A DNA stretch of 64,000 nucleotides from Tolypothrix carrinoi HA7290-LM1 (lineage in GTDB: Bacteria; Cyanobacteriota; Cyanobacteriia; Cyanobacteriales; Nostocaceae): the NCBI GenBank assembly GCA_019358935.1, contig JAHHIK010000033.1:1-64000 (forward strand), read 5' to 3'. Below, one piece after another: positions 19,767 through 30,629 of the stretch. The notes under the pieces were generated by a model. It was not told the DNA's origin. It worked only from the letters and a program-made list of their open reading frames with translations, and made no database searches. Both the position numbers and the translations under genes were made by a program. The stretch's first letter is position 1. Each line of letters begins with the position of its first letter.

Positions 19767-19795
19767 AAGAGCGATCGCTTTTTCATTCAATCCCA
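19767..19795 (+). repeat. 29-bp direct repeat with HIP1 (left copy; right copy 20732-20760)
   Basis: AAGAGCGATCGCTTTTTCATTCAATCCCA identical at both sites. Confidence 0.9.
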
Positions 19796-20074
19796 TACGA
19801 GTTTACAAGAAATCGTAATTGGCTGCATTGTTTCAGCATTCATGCGATCGCATTCCCATATAAAAGTATTGACCCTATAATCAGTATTTGCGTCATTTAT
19901 GTCAACTGTGATTTTTTCAGCAATAAGTATTACACGATTTAGCTATGAGTCGATTTATTCAGCTAAGAAAAAAAGCAAATATCACCTAATTCGTTCACAT
20001 GGTTACAACTTTGCCCAGTCTCAATCAAAAAAATATTACAATAATATAATACTCTGTTGTTATTAGTTAACCTC

Positions 20075-20290
20075 ATGCAAGTTAAAGATTTGACCGTTGA
20101 AGAACTAAAACTTTTGATTCAGGAAACTGTTACGGAAACTATTCAATCTCTGTTGATTGATTCTGAGGAGGATAAGCAGTTAAAGCCTGAAGTTAAACAG
20201 CAGCTACTTGATTCGTTACAGCGTACTCGAAGCGGGGAACGTGGTATTCCTCCGGAGGAAGTAGCGAAAAAACTGGGATTGAACTGGTAA
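20075..20290 (+). CDS. Putative type II antitoxin
   Basis: MQVKDLTVEELK...IPPEEVAKKLGL; stop overlaps the ATG of a relE-like gene (TAATG). Confidence 0.75.
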   Translation: MQVKDLTVEELKLLIQETVTETIQSLLIDSEEDKQLKPEVKQQLLDSLQRTRSGERGIPPEEVAKKLGLNW

Positions 20291-20551
20291 TGAGCTATCA
20301 AGTCGAGTTCAAAGCGGAAGCAGTTGCTAATTTAGAAATACTAACTTCAACAATTCAAGAGCGTTTATTACGTAAAATTCGCACTCTTATGTAAAAATTT
20401 TGATGACCTGACTCCTCAAGCTTTGAGTGCTGATTTGAGTGGTCTGTTCAAATTGAGAGTAGGAAACTATCGGGTCATTTATTCGTTCGATACTGAAGCT
20501 TTGCTAATCACGATTCACAGAATAGGACATCGCCGAGATATTTACAATTAA
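20290..20551 (+). pseudogene. RelE/ParE family toxin, frameshifted
   Basis: MSYQVEF...RKIR then TAA 20392-20394; +1 frame continues NFDDLTPQALSADLSGLFKLRVGNYRVIY...IGHRRDIYN*. Confidence 0.85.
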
Positions 20552-20731
20552 TCTTGTCTTCTTAAGGGAACAAGAGAAAATAACTACTCAGACAACCGCC
20601 AAATTTTGATAGTAGTTTTTCGGAATTATGCTCAGGTATATCACTAAAAATTAGGTTTTTTAATAAATAATAAATAAAATATTTTTGAACTTAACGACAG
20701 CTTGTTACGAAGTACGATCGCACTCAATAAA

Positions 20732-20760
20732 AAGAGCGATCGCTTTTTCATTCAATCCCA
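20732..20760 (+). repeat. 29-bp direct repeat with HIP1 (right copy)
   Basis: Identical to 19767-19795. Confidence 0.9.
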
Positions 20761-20838
20761 AAACCTAATTTGATTGCTAAGGTAGCAGTTCCAGGTACTC
20801 AACTTTTTCCGGTTGTCTCAAGTTTAAATGTCGTCGGT

Positions 20839-21658
20839 CTATGGGTAAGTGATGTTGTTATATAGTTTATCTGATTTGATATCTAGATTGTATTTGTCTT
20901 CGACAACCTCTCCACTACTAATTAGAGATTTCTCAAGTCTAGATTTTGGTAATGGAACTATAAGTGGTTCAGCAAAGCTTTGATCGGCAACGATTTCCGC
21001 TTCAAGTCCATTAAAAGAATCACTGATGCAGTACAAATCGGGAATATCACCTGAAACCTGATTTAGTTCCCAAAACAAAGTTGTTGCCGTTTTCCACCAA
21101 TGGTAAGCCGACCTGGTGACTTTAGCCTTCGTTCCATAAACATTCCAGATTATAATTGTTATAATTGATGCTTGTCTAATTTGACAGCGTAAGATTCGAG
21201 CTACGTGGCGATGTTCATCTAAGGTAAAACCATCACGTCGTCTAGGGAGATTAGACGGTGGGTAAAGCCCTTGTGATGATTGTTTTTGAAATTCTGGTCT
21301 AAACCCATTGATAAACTCACGATTCCACTGTTCGCGGAACTCGCTTCCCCCGTAATAACACTTCACTGGATCAAGTTCAGGATCGTAACCATCCTTAAAA
21401 AGGATGTGATTAGGTAAAGTTTCACCACATACCGCATTATCTAGTTGAAACTTCAGCTCCAAAAGAGTAGTCTCAAGTTTGAAAGCTAGCTTGTAAATTT
21501 TTGTAGTTTTGCCATAACACCAACTAGAAACAACACTAAGATTTAGAGCTTCTTCTCTCCGATGCTTAATATATTGCCCCAAATATTTATGCTGTTCAAA
21601 TCTAAACCCCCTATAGTTTTTATTTCTCGACTCTATAACTGTCTTAACCATATTCATA
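20839..21658 (-). CDS. Hypothetical protein with an internally duplicated helical domain
   Basis: Long ORF; GFxxxxH...YG..K pattern occurs twice; start uncertain. Confidence 0.65.
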
Positions 21659-21792
21659 TGCTCTTGCTTAGGAAATACTCTGCGTGCCTCTGCGCTTACT
21701 CCGCGTTCCTCTGCGTTTAAAAAGAATACGATTTTACGCAAAGCTGTACTTAATAGCTAGTTTATAGGGTGGGCATTACCCACCCACTTGAC

Positions 21793-24087
21793 TTAAGATT
21801 CCATTACTTCTGCTGTCTTCTTTTTATCCAACTTGAGAATCAACACTCCCAAAGGTGGCAAACACAAATCCAGCGAATAAGGATGATTGTGCAATGACCA
21901 ATTATCAGTCCACTTACCGCCTAAATTGCCCATATTGCTGCCGCCATATTGACGCGCATCACTATTAAACAACTCATTATAAAATCCGAATTCGGGTACA
22001 CCGATGCGGTAATGAGAATGCGGTTGCGGTGTGAAGTTGCAAACCGCAATAATGAAATCATCAGAATCTTTATCGCGACGGATAAAGAAAGCTACGCTAT
22101 GACGGTTGTCGCTACAGTCAATCCACTCAAACCCCGCTTGAGCAAAATCTTGGCTATATAAAGCTGGTTCCGAGCGATAAAGATGATTCAAATCGGCGAA
22201 AAACTGTTTTAACTGTTGGTGCGGTTCATGCTGAAATAAATGCCATTCTAAATCACTCCAAACGTTCCACTCACTCCACTGCCCAAACTCCATGCTCATA
22301 AACATGGTTTTCTTGCCAGGGTGAGCAAACATATAGGTAAATAAACAACGCACATTCGCTAACTTCTGCCATCTATCTCCGGGCATCTTGCCGATGATAT
22401 TACTCTTGCCATGCACGACTTCATCATGTGACAGTGCCAACATGAAGTTCTCGCTGTGGTGATACCACATGCTAAAAGTAATATTGTTCTGATGGAATTG
22501 ACGGAACCAAGGGTCCATGCTGAAGTAGTCCAGCATATCGTGCATCCAACCCATATTCCACTTTAAGTTAAAGCCCAGTCCACCTGTATAAGTGGGCCAA
22601 GATACCATCGGCCAAGAGGTAGATTCTTCGGCAATTGAGACAATGCCGGGAAAATAGCTGAAAATAGTGTGATTTGTCTGACGCAGAAAATCTGCGGCTT
22701 CTATGTTTTCTCTACCGCCATATTGGTTTGTCACCCATTCGCCTTCTTTGCGGCAATAGTCAAGATAAAGCATCGAGGCGACAGCATCAACACGAATTCC
22801 GTCAATGTGGTATTTGTCAAACCAAAAGAGGGCATTTGCCATTAAGAAATTTCGGACTTCGTTGCGGCTGTAGTTGAACACAAGAGTACCCCATTCTTTG
22901 TGTTCGCCTTTGCGGGGGTCGGCGTGTTCGTAAAGGTGAGAGCCATCAAAGAAAGCTAAACCATGTCCATCTTTGGGGAAGTGACCGGGAACCCAATCGA
23001 CAATCACGCCAATACCGTTTTCATGGCATTGGTCAACAAAATACATGAAGTCTTCCGGTGTTCCAAAACGCGAGGTGGGGGCAAAGTATCCGGTTACTTG
23101 ATAGCCCCAAGAGCCATCAAAAGGATGCTCGGCAATTGGTAGCATTTCAATATGGGTATATCCCAAGTCTTTGACGTAGGGAATCAGTCGTTCTGCTAAT
23201 TCTCTGTAGGTAAGGAAGCGTGCGCCTGGGTTAAGTTCGGAAACAGAAACTACAGGCTGAATTTCACCATTGGGTAGCTTGGCTGGTTCGGCGCTAGAAG
23301 CGTGTAACCAAGAGCCTAAATGCACTTCGTAAACGGAAATCGGCTGGGTGAGGGGGTCGGTATGGCGACGTTTTTCCATCCAGTCTTCGTCACCCCAGCT
23401 ATAGGTATTTAAGTCGGTGACAATCGATGCGGTTTTAGGACGGACTTCTTGCTGGAAGCCGTAGGGGTCAGATTTTTCGTAAATATGTCCTTCAAAATTT
23501 TTGATTTCATATTTGTAATGCTCTCCTACTCCCAATTCAGGAATAAACAATTCCCAAACGCCGGTGGAACCTTTCCGCATTTGGTGTTTGCGTCCGTCCC
23601 AGTTGTTGAAATCTCCCAGTACGGAAACGTTACGGGCGTTGGGTGCCCAAACTGCAAAATAAACGCCTTTTACGCCGTCTATTTCGGTGGCGTGCGCTCC
23701 CATTTTCTCGTAAATGCGGTGATGGTTGCCTTCGCTAAACAGGTGTAAATCGAATTCTGTCAAGTTTGGAGAACGAAAGGCGTAAGGATCGTAGGTGACA
23801 CGTTCGTGTTCTCCTTCTTTGATGCGTAACTGGTAGTTTGCCAGTTCTGAGATTTCAATCGTGCATTCAAAGAAGTGGGGATCGTGTACTGTTTCCATTG
23901 GGTATTCCTTACGTTCTTCAGGAAGAACTACCCAAGCTGCACTCGCATTCGGTAGGTAGGCTCGCACAGCCCAGACGTTTTTACCATTTTGTTCGATGAG
24001 ATGAGAACCAAGTACTTCAAAGGGATCGTGATGTTGGTTCCAAACGATGCGGTTAACCTGTTCTGGAGCGATCGTGGTCATGGACAT
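21793..24087 (-). CDS. glgB: 1,4-alpha-glucan branching enzyme
   Basis: [41 protein letters not shown]. Confidence 0.98.
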   Translation of the reverse strand: MSMTTIAPEQVNRIVWNQHHDPFEVLGSHLIEQNGKNVWAVRAYLPNASAAWVVLPEERKEYPMETVHDPHFFECTIEISELANYQLRIKEGEHERVTYDPYAFRSPNLTEFDLHLFSEGNHHRIYEKMGAHATEIDGVKGVYFAVWAPNARNVSVLGDFNNWDGRKHQMRKGSTGVWELFIPELGVGEHYKYEIKNFEGHIYEKSDPYGFQQEVRPKTASIVTDLNTYSWGDEDWMEKRRHTDPLTQPISVYEVHLGSWLHASSAEPAKLPNGEIQPVVSVSELNPGARFLTYRELAERLIPYVKDLGYTHIEMLPIAEHPFDGSWGYQVTGYFAPTSRFGTPEDFMYFVDQCHENGIGVIVDWVPGHFPKDGHGLAFFDGSHLYEHADPRKGEHKEWGTLVFNYSRNEVRNFLMANALFWFDKYHIDGIRVDAVASMLYLDYCRKEGEWVTNQYGGRENIEAADFLRQTNHTIFSYFPGIVSIAEESTSWPMVSWPTYTGGLGFNLKWNMGWMHDMLDYFSMDPWFRQFHQNNITFSMWYHHSENFMLALSHDEVVHGKSNIIGKMPGDRWQKLANVRCLFTYMFAHPGKKTMFMSMEFGQWSEWNVWSDLEWHLFQHEPHQQLKQFFADLNHLYRSEPALYSQDFAQAGFEWIDCSDNRHSVAFFIRRDKDSDDFIIAVCNFTPQPHSHYRIGVPEFGFYNELFNSDARQYGGSNMGNLGGKWTDNWSLHNHPYSLDLCLPPLGVLILKLDKKKTAEVMES

Positions 24088-24301
24088 GAAGCTACCTACG
24101 TGAAATATGGTGATTGGTACGACTTTTTTAATATCTATATATATTCTTTACATTTATTTGCAGATTTTGTCGCCACCTTTTTGGTACTTCACCAATGAAT
24201 TCTTCCTTCGGCTTTGTTGTGGCGTGAAAAATAAGGAGATAAAGAAAAAAGGTGATGCGCTCCTAGTCTTCGGGTGATGGAAATTAAAGAAAAATTTAAC
24301 G

Positions 24302-24685
24302 TTACAAGTTTAAAAATGGAAAAACCTGAAGTAATGCTTTACGGATGCGAAGCAAGAAAACTTGTTCGCGAATTTTGGGAGTCAGTTTTGGTGGTGGGCT
24401 AGTTTGCAGTTGAGTAAGTAGTTCTGCGTATTCGCCGGCAGTTAAGGGTTTGCCATCAACAGGCGATCGCGCTTCTATAATTATCTCTGTTCGTAGTATC
24501 TCTTCGGGTGTATCGGATGGATCGGGTAATGCGATTCCTGATGCCCGCCAATCGTTAACTAACCATACCACTACACTAGTGCTGATGCTAACCACAAAAA
24601 ATATTATCGCTTTTTTTGCTTTTACTCTCTGCATCTGGGCACTTAGCATGTAATGTACAACACGATTTCGTACTGATACTTCCAT
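24302..24685 (-). CDS. Conserved cyanobacterial hypothetical protein
   Basis: PEEILRTEIIIEARSPVDGKPLTAGEYAEL motif after a hydrophobic segment; start uncertain. Confidence 0.7.
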   Translation of the reverse strand: MEVSVRNRVVHYMLSAQMQRVKAKKAIIFFVVSISTSVVVWLVNDWRASGIALPDPSDTPEEILRTEIIIEARSPVDGKPLTAGEYAELLTQLQTSPPPKLTPKIREQVFLLRIRKALLQVFPFLNL

Positions 24686-24796
24686 TCAACTAAATCTTCT
24701 CACGTATGGGGTGCGGATTGCTGTTCTTAATTTTGTCTAAATAAATTCTCTTTTTACAAGTATCTTTACGTACTACTTGAGATTGTTGGTCTTCAG

Positions 24797-25085
24797 GCGT
24801 AGACGCGTAGCGGTGAAGCAGCGCGGTCTTCTCCCAAAGGGAGAGGCTAACGCCAAGGGGAGGCAGTGCGGTGAAGCAGCCCCCGACGGGCGCGGTTCCC
24901 GTCGATGGGGGACTGCTGAACCCGAAGGGTGGACGGGTTCCCCGGCATAAAGGAGGCAGTGCGTTGGGCGGCTCCGCCGACTTGAAGCACCTGCCGTCAC
25001 CTGCCGTGGTTTCCCCCATGAGCGACTGCACCAACCCGTTCGCGTAGCGTCTCCGTCAGGAGAAGGGCTTGTCGCTAGACATCGC
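24797..25085 (+). mobile_element. Nested composite of small dispersed repeats inserted in a HIP1 site
   Basis: GC-rich island bounded by GCG (24797) and ATCGC (25081); repeated sub-units GTGAAGCAGC...AACCCG..AAGG and GGAGGCAGTGCG...CACCTGCCGT. Confidence 0.75.
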
Positions 25086-25723
25086 GCCTTTATTCCACCT
25101 ATAAATCGGACTTGCATAAAAATCTCGCACTTTGTCAAGCCTCATTACCACCAATTCTTTGTAACGATCCGAGCGAGTCTTTACTACGCATGTCAGTCTG
25201 TGCATACGTTACATGTAACGTCTCTTCTTCAAAATCGAGAATTCGTATCATAAATAGACTATAGTCAATGCACAATCGCAATTGCCAGTGAGCGTGATTA
25301 ATTTTTTGTCACCCTTCTCTTCTCCTGTTGGAGAGGCTGCGCGAACGAGACTAAGGCGATCGCTGGCTCACTTTCAACCATTGAATCATTTAGCCATGCC
25401 AAACAAAGAGTGTAAAGTATTTTACCCGCAAACTAAGTCTACTTCTTGAACTCAACTTATTTATGGGGCTTACAGTTAATTTGGAACCACAAATTTATCG
25501 GTTACAACAAAACACGGGCGGACACTAAGTAGCGGCGAAGACCGTCTTTACTAGTGTCCTCCTCTTGTTGTACTTACTAATATTTTAGTGCGCTAGGAAG
25601 GGCGCTCCTAGCTTTTAATCCACCATAAAATTGATAGCACGCTTGAACTTACTCAACTAAGTATGATGTAGTGAGGAGCGCTGCCAATCAGCTGTGTGAG
25701 CTTTGTGCGAGTAAGACTATTAT

Positions 25724-25957
25724 CTAAGGGGTGGTAGTAGCCCTAGGACTAGCAGAAGGGCTGGTAGTAGCGCCAGGGCTAGGGGAAGTAGTAGCAGAAG
25801 GACTCATCATAGCACCACCATCAGCAGGCTCACCTGCTGCGGGGGAAGTAGTTGCAGCTGGTTCGCCGCCGGTACCACCACCGCCGCCGCTGTCGCAAGC
25901 TCCCAGAAGAGCAGCCAGACTTAACATTGCAGCAAAACCAAAGATTTTTATTTTCAT
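25724..25957 (-). CDS. Small low-complexity lipoprotein
   Basis: GAGGAG RBS, MKIK...LLGAC lipobox, Ser/Thr/Pro/Gly-rich body. Confidence 0.8.
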   Translation of the reverse strand: MKIKIFGFAAMLSLAALLGACDSGGGGGTGGEPAATTSPAAGEPADGGAMMSPSATTSPSPGATTSPSASPRATTTP

Positions 25958-26531
25958 AACTCCTCTTTCACCAATTATGGCAAGAACTATTTTTCGCCTG
26001 TTGAATACCATACCGTATTTGTTGCTTTTTTTTAAATGCTTCCTATTACAGATTTCTGCCAAATATTTTCTTCTTTTTTCGTTCAGCGTAAGTATTTTAG
26101 AGCAATATGATTAGTTTGTCTTAACTCAAAAAGAAGAGAAATTTATTACTGAAGGTAGAGAAAGCAAATTTGGTAGCAATCCGCGCTATCATACCAAAAA
26201 TCCTCACCTGGGAGTGCATCTTGCCATTCGCTAGTTTTATGTAGCCATACTGATGTGAACTTTCTGTGAAGCAAAAAGGTTAGGGGTTAAGGGCAGAAAT
26301 TGTGTTTCTGTAATTCCTTAACGCTTGGCGTAGCCCGCCTGTCGCAAGCAATACATGCTGTTGAGACGTTTCGCACTTCACTTCATGTAAAAATTGGTGC
26401 AGCTACCTGTCAGAACACTCTTAAGGGTGTAGGGTGTAATGTGTGCTGATTGCTTCAAAGGTAATTTGAACTTTAGCAATCAAGAGACAACCAAAAATAT
26501 AGTATTTCCTTTCCTCACAAAAGTAAAAGTT

Positions 26532-27203
26532 ATGGCTGTTGGTCGCAAATCAGCTGTTGCTGCAAGGGGTAATTGGTTCCGGCGTATTACCCAGCCCTCA
26601 GGGAAATCGCCTTCTGCGCGTTTTGATTTCGCGTCGCGCAGTACTTCCACACCAATGCCCTCTAGAAGACAACGGCGTTCAAACACAAATAAAACGGTTA
26701 GGCACACACCTGGTCAATTGGGCAAACAACAATTACCAAAGCAAAATCGCTCCTCGGCGACACCCAAAAGTCCAAGGGGAAATCAAGAGCGCGTTCCGGT
26801 AATGCCTAATTCTGAGTCACCACCTTTATGGTTACTGCGCTTGCACGCCATACATCGTAATTCCTCAATTGTGGCATTTTTGTTAGTGGCAGCAACGCTA
26901 GTAGTTTATGGTTGGACAGTTTATTCTCAAGAACTATGGAGTCAGGGATACCGCAAGCTGGAAAATTTGCGACGCCAAGAGCGACAGTTGACAACAACTA
27001 GCGAGGTACTGCAAAACAAAATGGCTACTGAAGGCGAAAAACCATCAACAGGGTTAGTAGCGCCAACTCCCGCTAGGGCGATTTTCATCAATCCGGCATC
27101 TCATAATCTCAACTCAATGCCTTCTGTTGGAGACGCGCAGCAAACGCCAACAACGCCAAATTCTCAAAAGGTGCAGCAAAGCGCCTCTGGGCTGGGATAT
27201 TAA
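26532..27203 (+). CDS. FtsL-like cell division protein
   Basis: Basic N-terminus, single TM, coiled coil (YRKLENLRRQERQL); directly upstream of ftsI. Confidence 0.7.
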   Translation: MAVGRKSAVAARGNWFRRITQPSGKSPSARFDFASRSTSTPMPSRRQRRSNTNKTVRHTPGQLGKQQLPKQNRSSATPKSPRGNQERVPVMPNSESPPLWLLRLHAIHRNSSIVAFLLVAATLVVYGWTVYSQELWSQGYRKLENLRRQERQLTTTSEVLQNKMATEGEKPSTGLVAPTPARAIFINPASHNLNSMPSVGDAQQTPTTPNSQKVQQSASGLGY

Positions 27204-27204
27204 A

Positions 27205-27349
27205 GTCATTGGTCATTGGTCATTGGTCATTGGTCATTGGTCATTGGTCATTGGTCATTAGTTAATACCTGTATGACAAAGGACAACAGACAAGGGACAA
27301 CTGACAAAGGACAAACATTCTAATGACTAATAACAAAGGACAACAGACA
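27205..27349. repeat. STRR tract (GTCATTG)n and GGACAAA-type
   Basis: Tandem 7-mers. Confidence 0.9.
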
Positions 27350-29182
27350 ATGCGAAAGTCACCAAGCAGAATAAAATTTAGAAATTTGCCTTCATCTGGA
27401 TTCAAAAAGCAGCAAAAGGCTTCAGTGCGAGCTTTAGAAGAAATTGCTAGCACCAAAGACCAGTCAGCCAACACAAAGTCGCGTTTGTTTGTGGTGTGGG
27501 GCGTATTAGTTGCGGCAGGTCTTGGTTTAGCTGTGAACTTGTATCAGCTGCAAATTGTCAATGGACCAAAGTTAACGCAGAAGGCGCGAAACCAACAAAT
27601 GGTGAATTTGCGACCTTTTATGCCCCGCCGTCCAGTGATAGATCGCACTAATAATGTTTTAGCGCTCGACCGTCCTGTATATACTGTTTATGCTCATCCC
27701 AAGCTATTTAATAAGTCTGGGTCAGATATAGCAAATGAACTTGCGCCAATATTAGATAAAGACGCAGCTGATTTAGAGAAAATTTTTGAAAGTAAAAAAA
27801 GCGGTATTCTACTTTCCTCTGCTTTGCCGGAAGAACTTGCCGATCGCATTTCTTCTTTACATTTAGATGGCTTGGAGTTAATTCAAAAATACTCCCGATT
27901 ATACCCGCAACAAGATTTGGTTGCTGATGTGGTGGGCTATGTTAATCTTGACCGTCGCGGTCAGGCAGGTGTGGAATACAGTCAAGAAAAGTTGTTAGAA
28001 CGTTCTGGGCAAACGGTGCGGATGAGTCGGGCAGGTAATGGTGCGCTAATGCCAGATCATGCTCCGGAAGGATTTTTGCATTTTGATGATTTGCGTCTGC
28101 AATTAACTATTGATAGTCGGTTGCAACGCTCGGCTCGTTTAGCTCTGCTTCAACAGATGAAAAAGTTTGGGGCAAAACGCGGAGCGGTTATTGTCATGGA
28201 TGCGTGGGATGGTTCGCTCATGGCTCTGGTTTCTCAACCTACTTATAATCCAAATGAATATTCAAAAGCTGATATTTCATTGTTCAAAAACTGGACAGTG
28301 GCGGATCTTTATGAACCGGGATCGACTTTCAAGCCTTTGAATGTGGCGATCGCTCTGGAAAATAACATCATTCAAGCAGATGATACCTTCAATGACTCAG
28401 GTTCTATTCAAGTTGCTGACCGAATTATCAGAAATGCTGAAAATAAACGTTACGGGCGAATAAATATCGCTCAGGTTCTGCAAAACTCTAGCAACATTGG
28501 CATGGTGCAAATCATTCAGCGATTGCAGCCTTCAGCCTACTACAACTGGCTAGAACGCTTAGGGTTAGGGCAAGGCATTGAAACAGATTTACCTTTTGAA
28601 GTAGCTAGTCAGTTAAAAAGTCAAGAAGAATTTACCGCTTCACCAATTGAAGCCGCAACTACATCGTTTGGTCAAGGTTTTTCTTTAACACCTTTACAAT
28701 TGGTGCAAATGCACGGAGCTTTAGCAAATGGTGGCAAACTGGTTACGCCTCATGTTGTCCGTGGGCTGATTGATACCAAAGGACATATGCATTATTTACC
28801 TAATTTACCAGCACCACGGCAAATTTTTTCCAGCGCGACAACCCAAAAAGTTGTGGAAATGATGGAAACTGTAGTTTCTCAAGGAACTGGAAAAGCATCA
28901 CAAATTCCTGGATATCGCATCGCTGGTAAAACTGGTACGGCTCAAGTAGCCAGTCGCGCCGGCGGCTACCTCAGCAATGCGAAAATCACCAGTTTTGTAG
29001 GTATCTTGCCGGTGGAATCTCCTCGTTATGTAGTTTTGGCATTAGTGGATGAGCCAAAAGGAGAAAATGCCTTTGGTTCCACCGTTGCCGCACCGATTGT
29101 GAAGGCTGTAATGGAAGCGCTGATTCCGATTGAACAAATTCCGCCAAGTACGCCAATTAGTTCCACACCTGCTAGTCCGTAG
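27350..29182 (+). CDS. ftsI: Class B penicillin-binding protein (FtsI/PBP3)
   Basis: EPGSTFK, SSN, KTGTAQ; N-terminal TM. Confidence 0.9.
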   Translation: MRKSPSRIKFRNLPSSGFKKQQKASVRALEEIASTKDQSANTKSRLFVVWGVLVAAGLGLAVNLYQLQIVNGPKLTQKARNQQMVNLRPFMPRRPVIDRTNNVLALDRPVYTVYAHPKLFNKSGSDIANELAPILDKDAADLEKIFESKKSGILLSSALPEELADRISSLHLDGLELIQKYSRLYPQQDLVADVVGYVNLDRRGQAGVEYSQEKLLERSGQTVRMSRAGNGALMPDHAPEGFLHFDDLRLQLTIDSRLQRSARLALLQQMKKFGAKRGAVIVMDAWDGSLMALVSQPTYNPNEYSKADISLFKNWTVADLYEPGSTFKPLNVAIALENNIIQADDTFNDSGSIQVADRIIRNAENKRYGRINIAQVLQNSSNIGMVQIIQRLQPSAYYNWLERLGLGQGIETDLPFEVASQLKSQEEFTASPIEAATTSFGQGFSLTPLQLVQMHGALANGGKLVTPHVVRGLIDTKGHMHYLPNLPAPRQIFSSATTQKVVEMMETVVSQGTGKASQIPGYRIAGKTGTAQVASRAGGYLSNAKITSFVGILPVESPRYVVLALVDEPKGENAFGSTVAAPIVKAVMEALIPIEQIPPSTPISSTPASP

Positions 29183-29395
29183 GGGGGAGGGGGGGAGGGG
29201 GGGACAAGGGGCGACGGGTGTGGGGGCAGGGGGGACAAGGGGGACAAGGGGGACAAGGGGGACTCCTTGGAGGAATTCCCCATTCCCCATTCCCCATTCC
29301 CCATTCCCCATTCCCCATTCCCCATTCCCCATTCCCCATTCCCGATTACCCATTACCCATTCCCCATTACCCATTCCCGATTCCCCATTCCCCAT
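29183..29395. repeat. G-rich GGGGACAAG repeats plus STRR (CCCCATT)n
   Basis: Tandem 9-mers and 7-mers. Confidence 0.9.
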
Positions 29396-29533
29396 CTATT
29401 GATAGATAAACAGCTGACACTTGGGGACGATGGAAATTGAAGGAAAATAAGGCAAAACAGTAATACAGGCGCAAACAAAAAGAAAAGTTTTGTATTTGTG
29501 CAAGATTTATTGTTGTTTGATGGAGGAGTAAAC

Positions 29534-30193
29534 ATGGCTTTAGGCACTCACAAGCGTGCGGTTGGCGTATTCTCTAGCCGTCGTGATGCCGAACATGCAC
29601 TCACTGAACTCAGAGATGCCGGCTTCAATATGGGTAAGATTTCCATAATTGCTAAAGATGGCGATCGCCATGATGATATTGCTGGTGTGGAAACGCAAAA
29701 GCGCGTTGGCAATAAAGCTGATGAAGGTGCCGCAAGCGGAGCTGTAACGGGTACTGTTTTAGGGGGTATCACTGGCTTACTGGTAGGATTAGGTACTTTA
29801 GCAATTCCTGGGGTAGGACCAATATTGTTGGCGGGTGAGGTAGCCTCAACTCTGGCTACAGCCGCTGCTGGTGCTGGTATTGGCGCGGCAACTGGCGGGT
29901 TGTTAGGCGGCTTGGCTGGTTTGGGAGTTCCGGAAGAACGAGCGAAAATTTACAGCGATCGCGTGTCTGGTGGTGATTATCTCGTAATCGTCGATGGCAG
30001 CTCTGAAGAAATCTATCGCGCCGAAAGTATTCTGCAAAACCGGGGTATTCAGGAGTTTGGCATTTACAATGCACCTGGTATGGCAAGAGACGCTGATTAT
30101 GTAGAACCTGCTAATAGTGTAGTCGATAGCACAGGTAATTATGACGATGATTCCAAGGTAATTATCGTTGACCGTCGGGATGGAAGCATCTAA
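29534..30193 (+). CDS. General stress protein (17M-like) with glycine-zipper membrane segment
   Basis: RAVGVF, GLGTLAIPGVGP, GVPEERAKIY; GGAGGAG RBS. Confidence 0.8.
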   Translation: MALGTHKRAVGVFSSRRDAEHALTELRDAGFNMGKISIIAKDGDRHDDIAGVETQKRVGNKADEGAASGAVTGTVLGGITGLLVGLGTLAIPGVGPILLAGEVASTLATAAAGAGIGAATGGLLGGLAGLGVPEERAKIYSDRVSGGDYLVIVDGSSEEIYRAESILQNRGIQEFGIYNAPGMARDADYVEPANSVVDSTGNYDDDSKVIIVDRRDGSI

Positions 30194-30629
30194 AGTAGGC
30201 TCCTCAACGCACACTTTTCAAAGCAGTTAGCTATTAATGAAGTGCGATCGCTTTGGGCGGGCGCTTCGCCATCGCGCCGAATTAAAAGTATAAAGTTTAA
30301 CTCAGATGGGTAAACGGATGAAGGCGATCGTACTTCAGTATTTTAATCAGAACAAATCAAGTCAGGAAGAAGGGTGTAGGGGGTAGGGTGTAGGGTGTAG
30401 GGAAACCCCATAACTCGCATTTCAGGGGGCTTGATGTAAGGATGCTTTGTTTTTTCGGGCTGCGCCTCTCAAAACAAATATTTCTTTCTCTCCACGACTC
30501 AAGTTGGGGGCAATCCGATTGTAGGGTGTAGGGTGTACAAACACGACATCTTCCCCTACACCCTACACCCTATACCCTACACCCTGTTTTTGGTCAAATC
30601 GCACAGAAGCATTCACGTAGTAGATAAAA

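Noticed and set aside
24690..25138. ORFs 24690-25034 and 24773-25138
   Set aside because: They run through the GC-rich nested repeat; stop-poor by composition, with no protein features.
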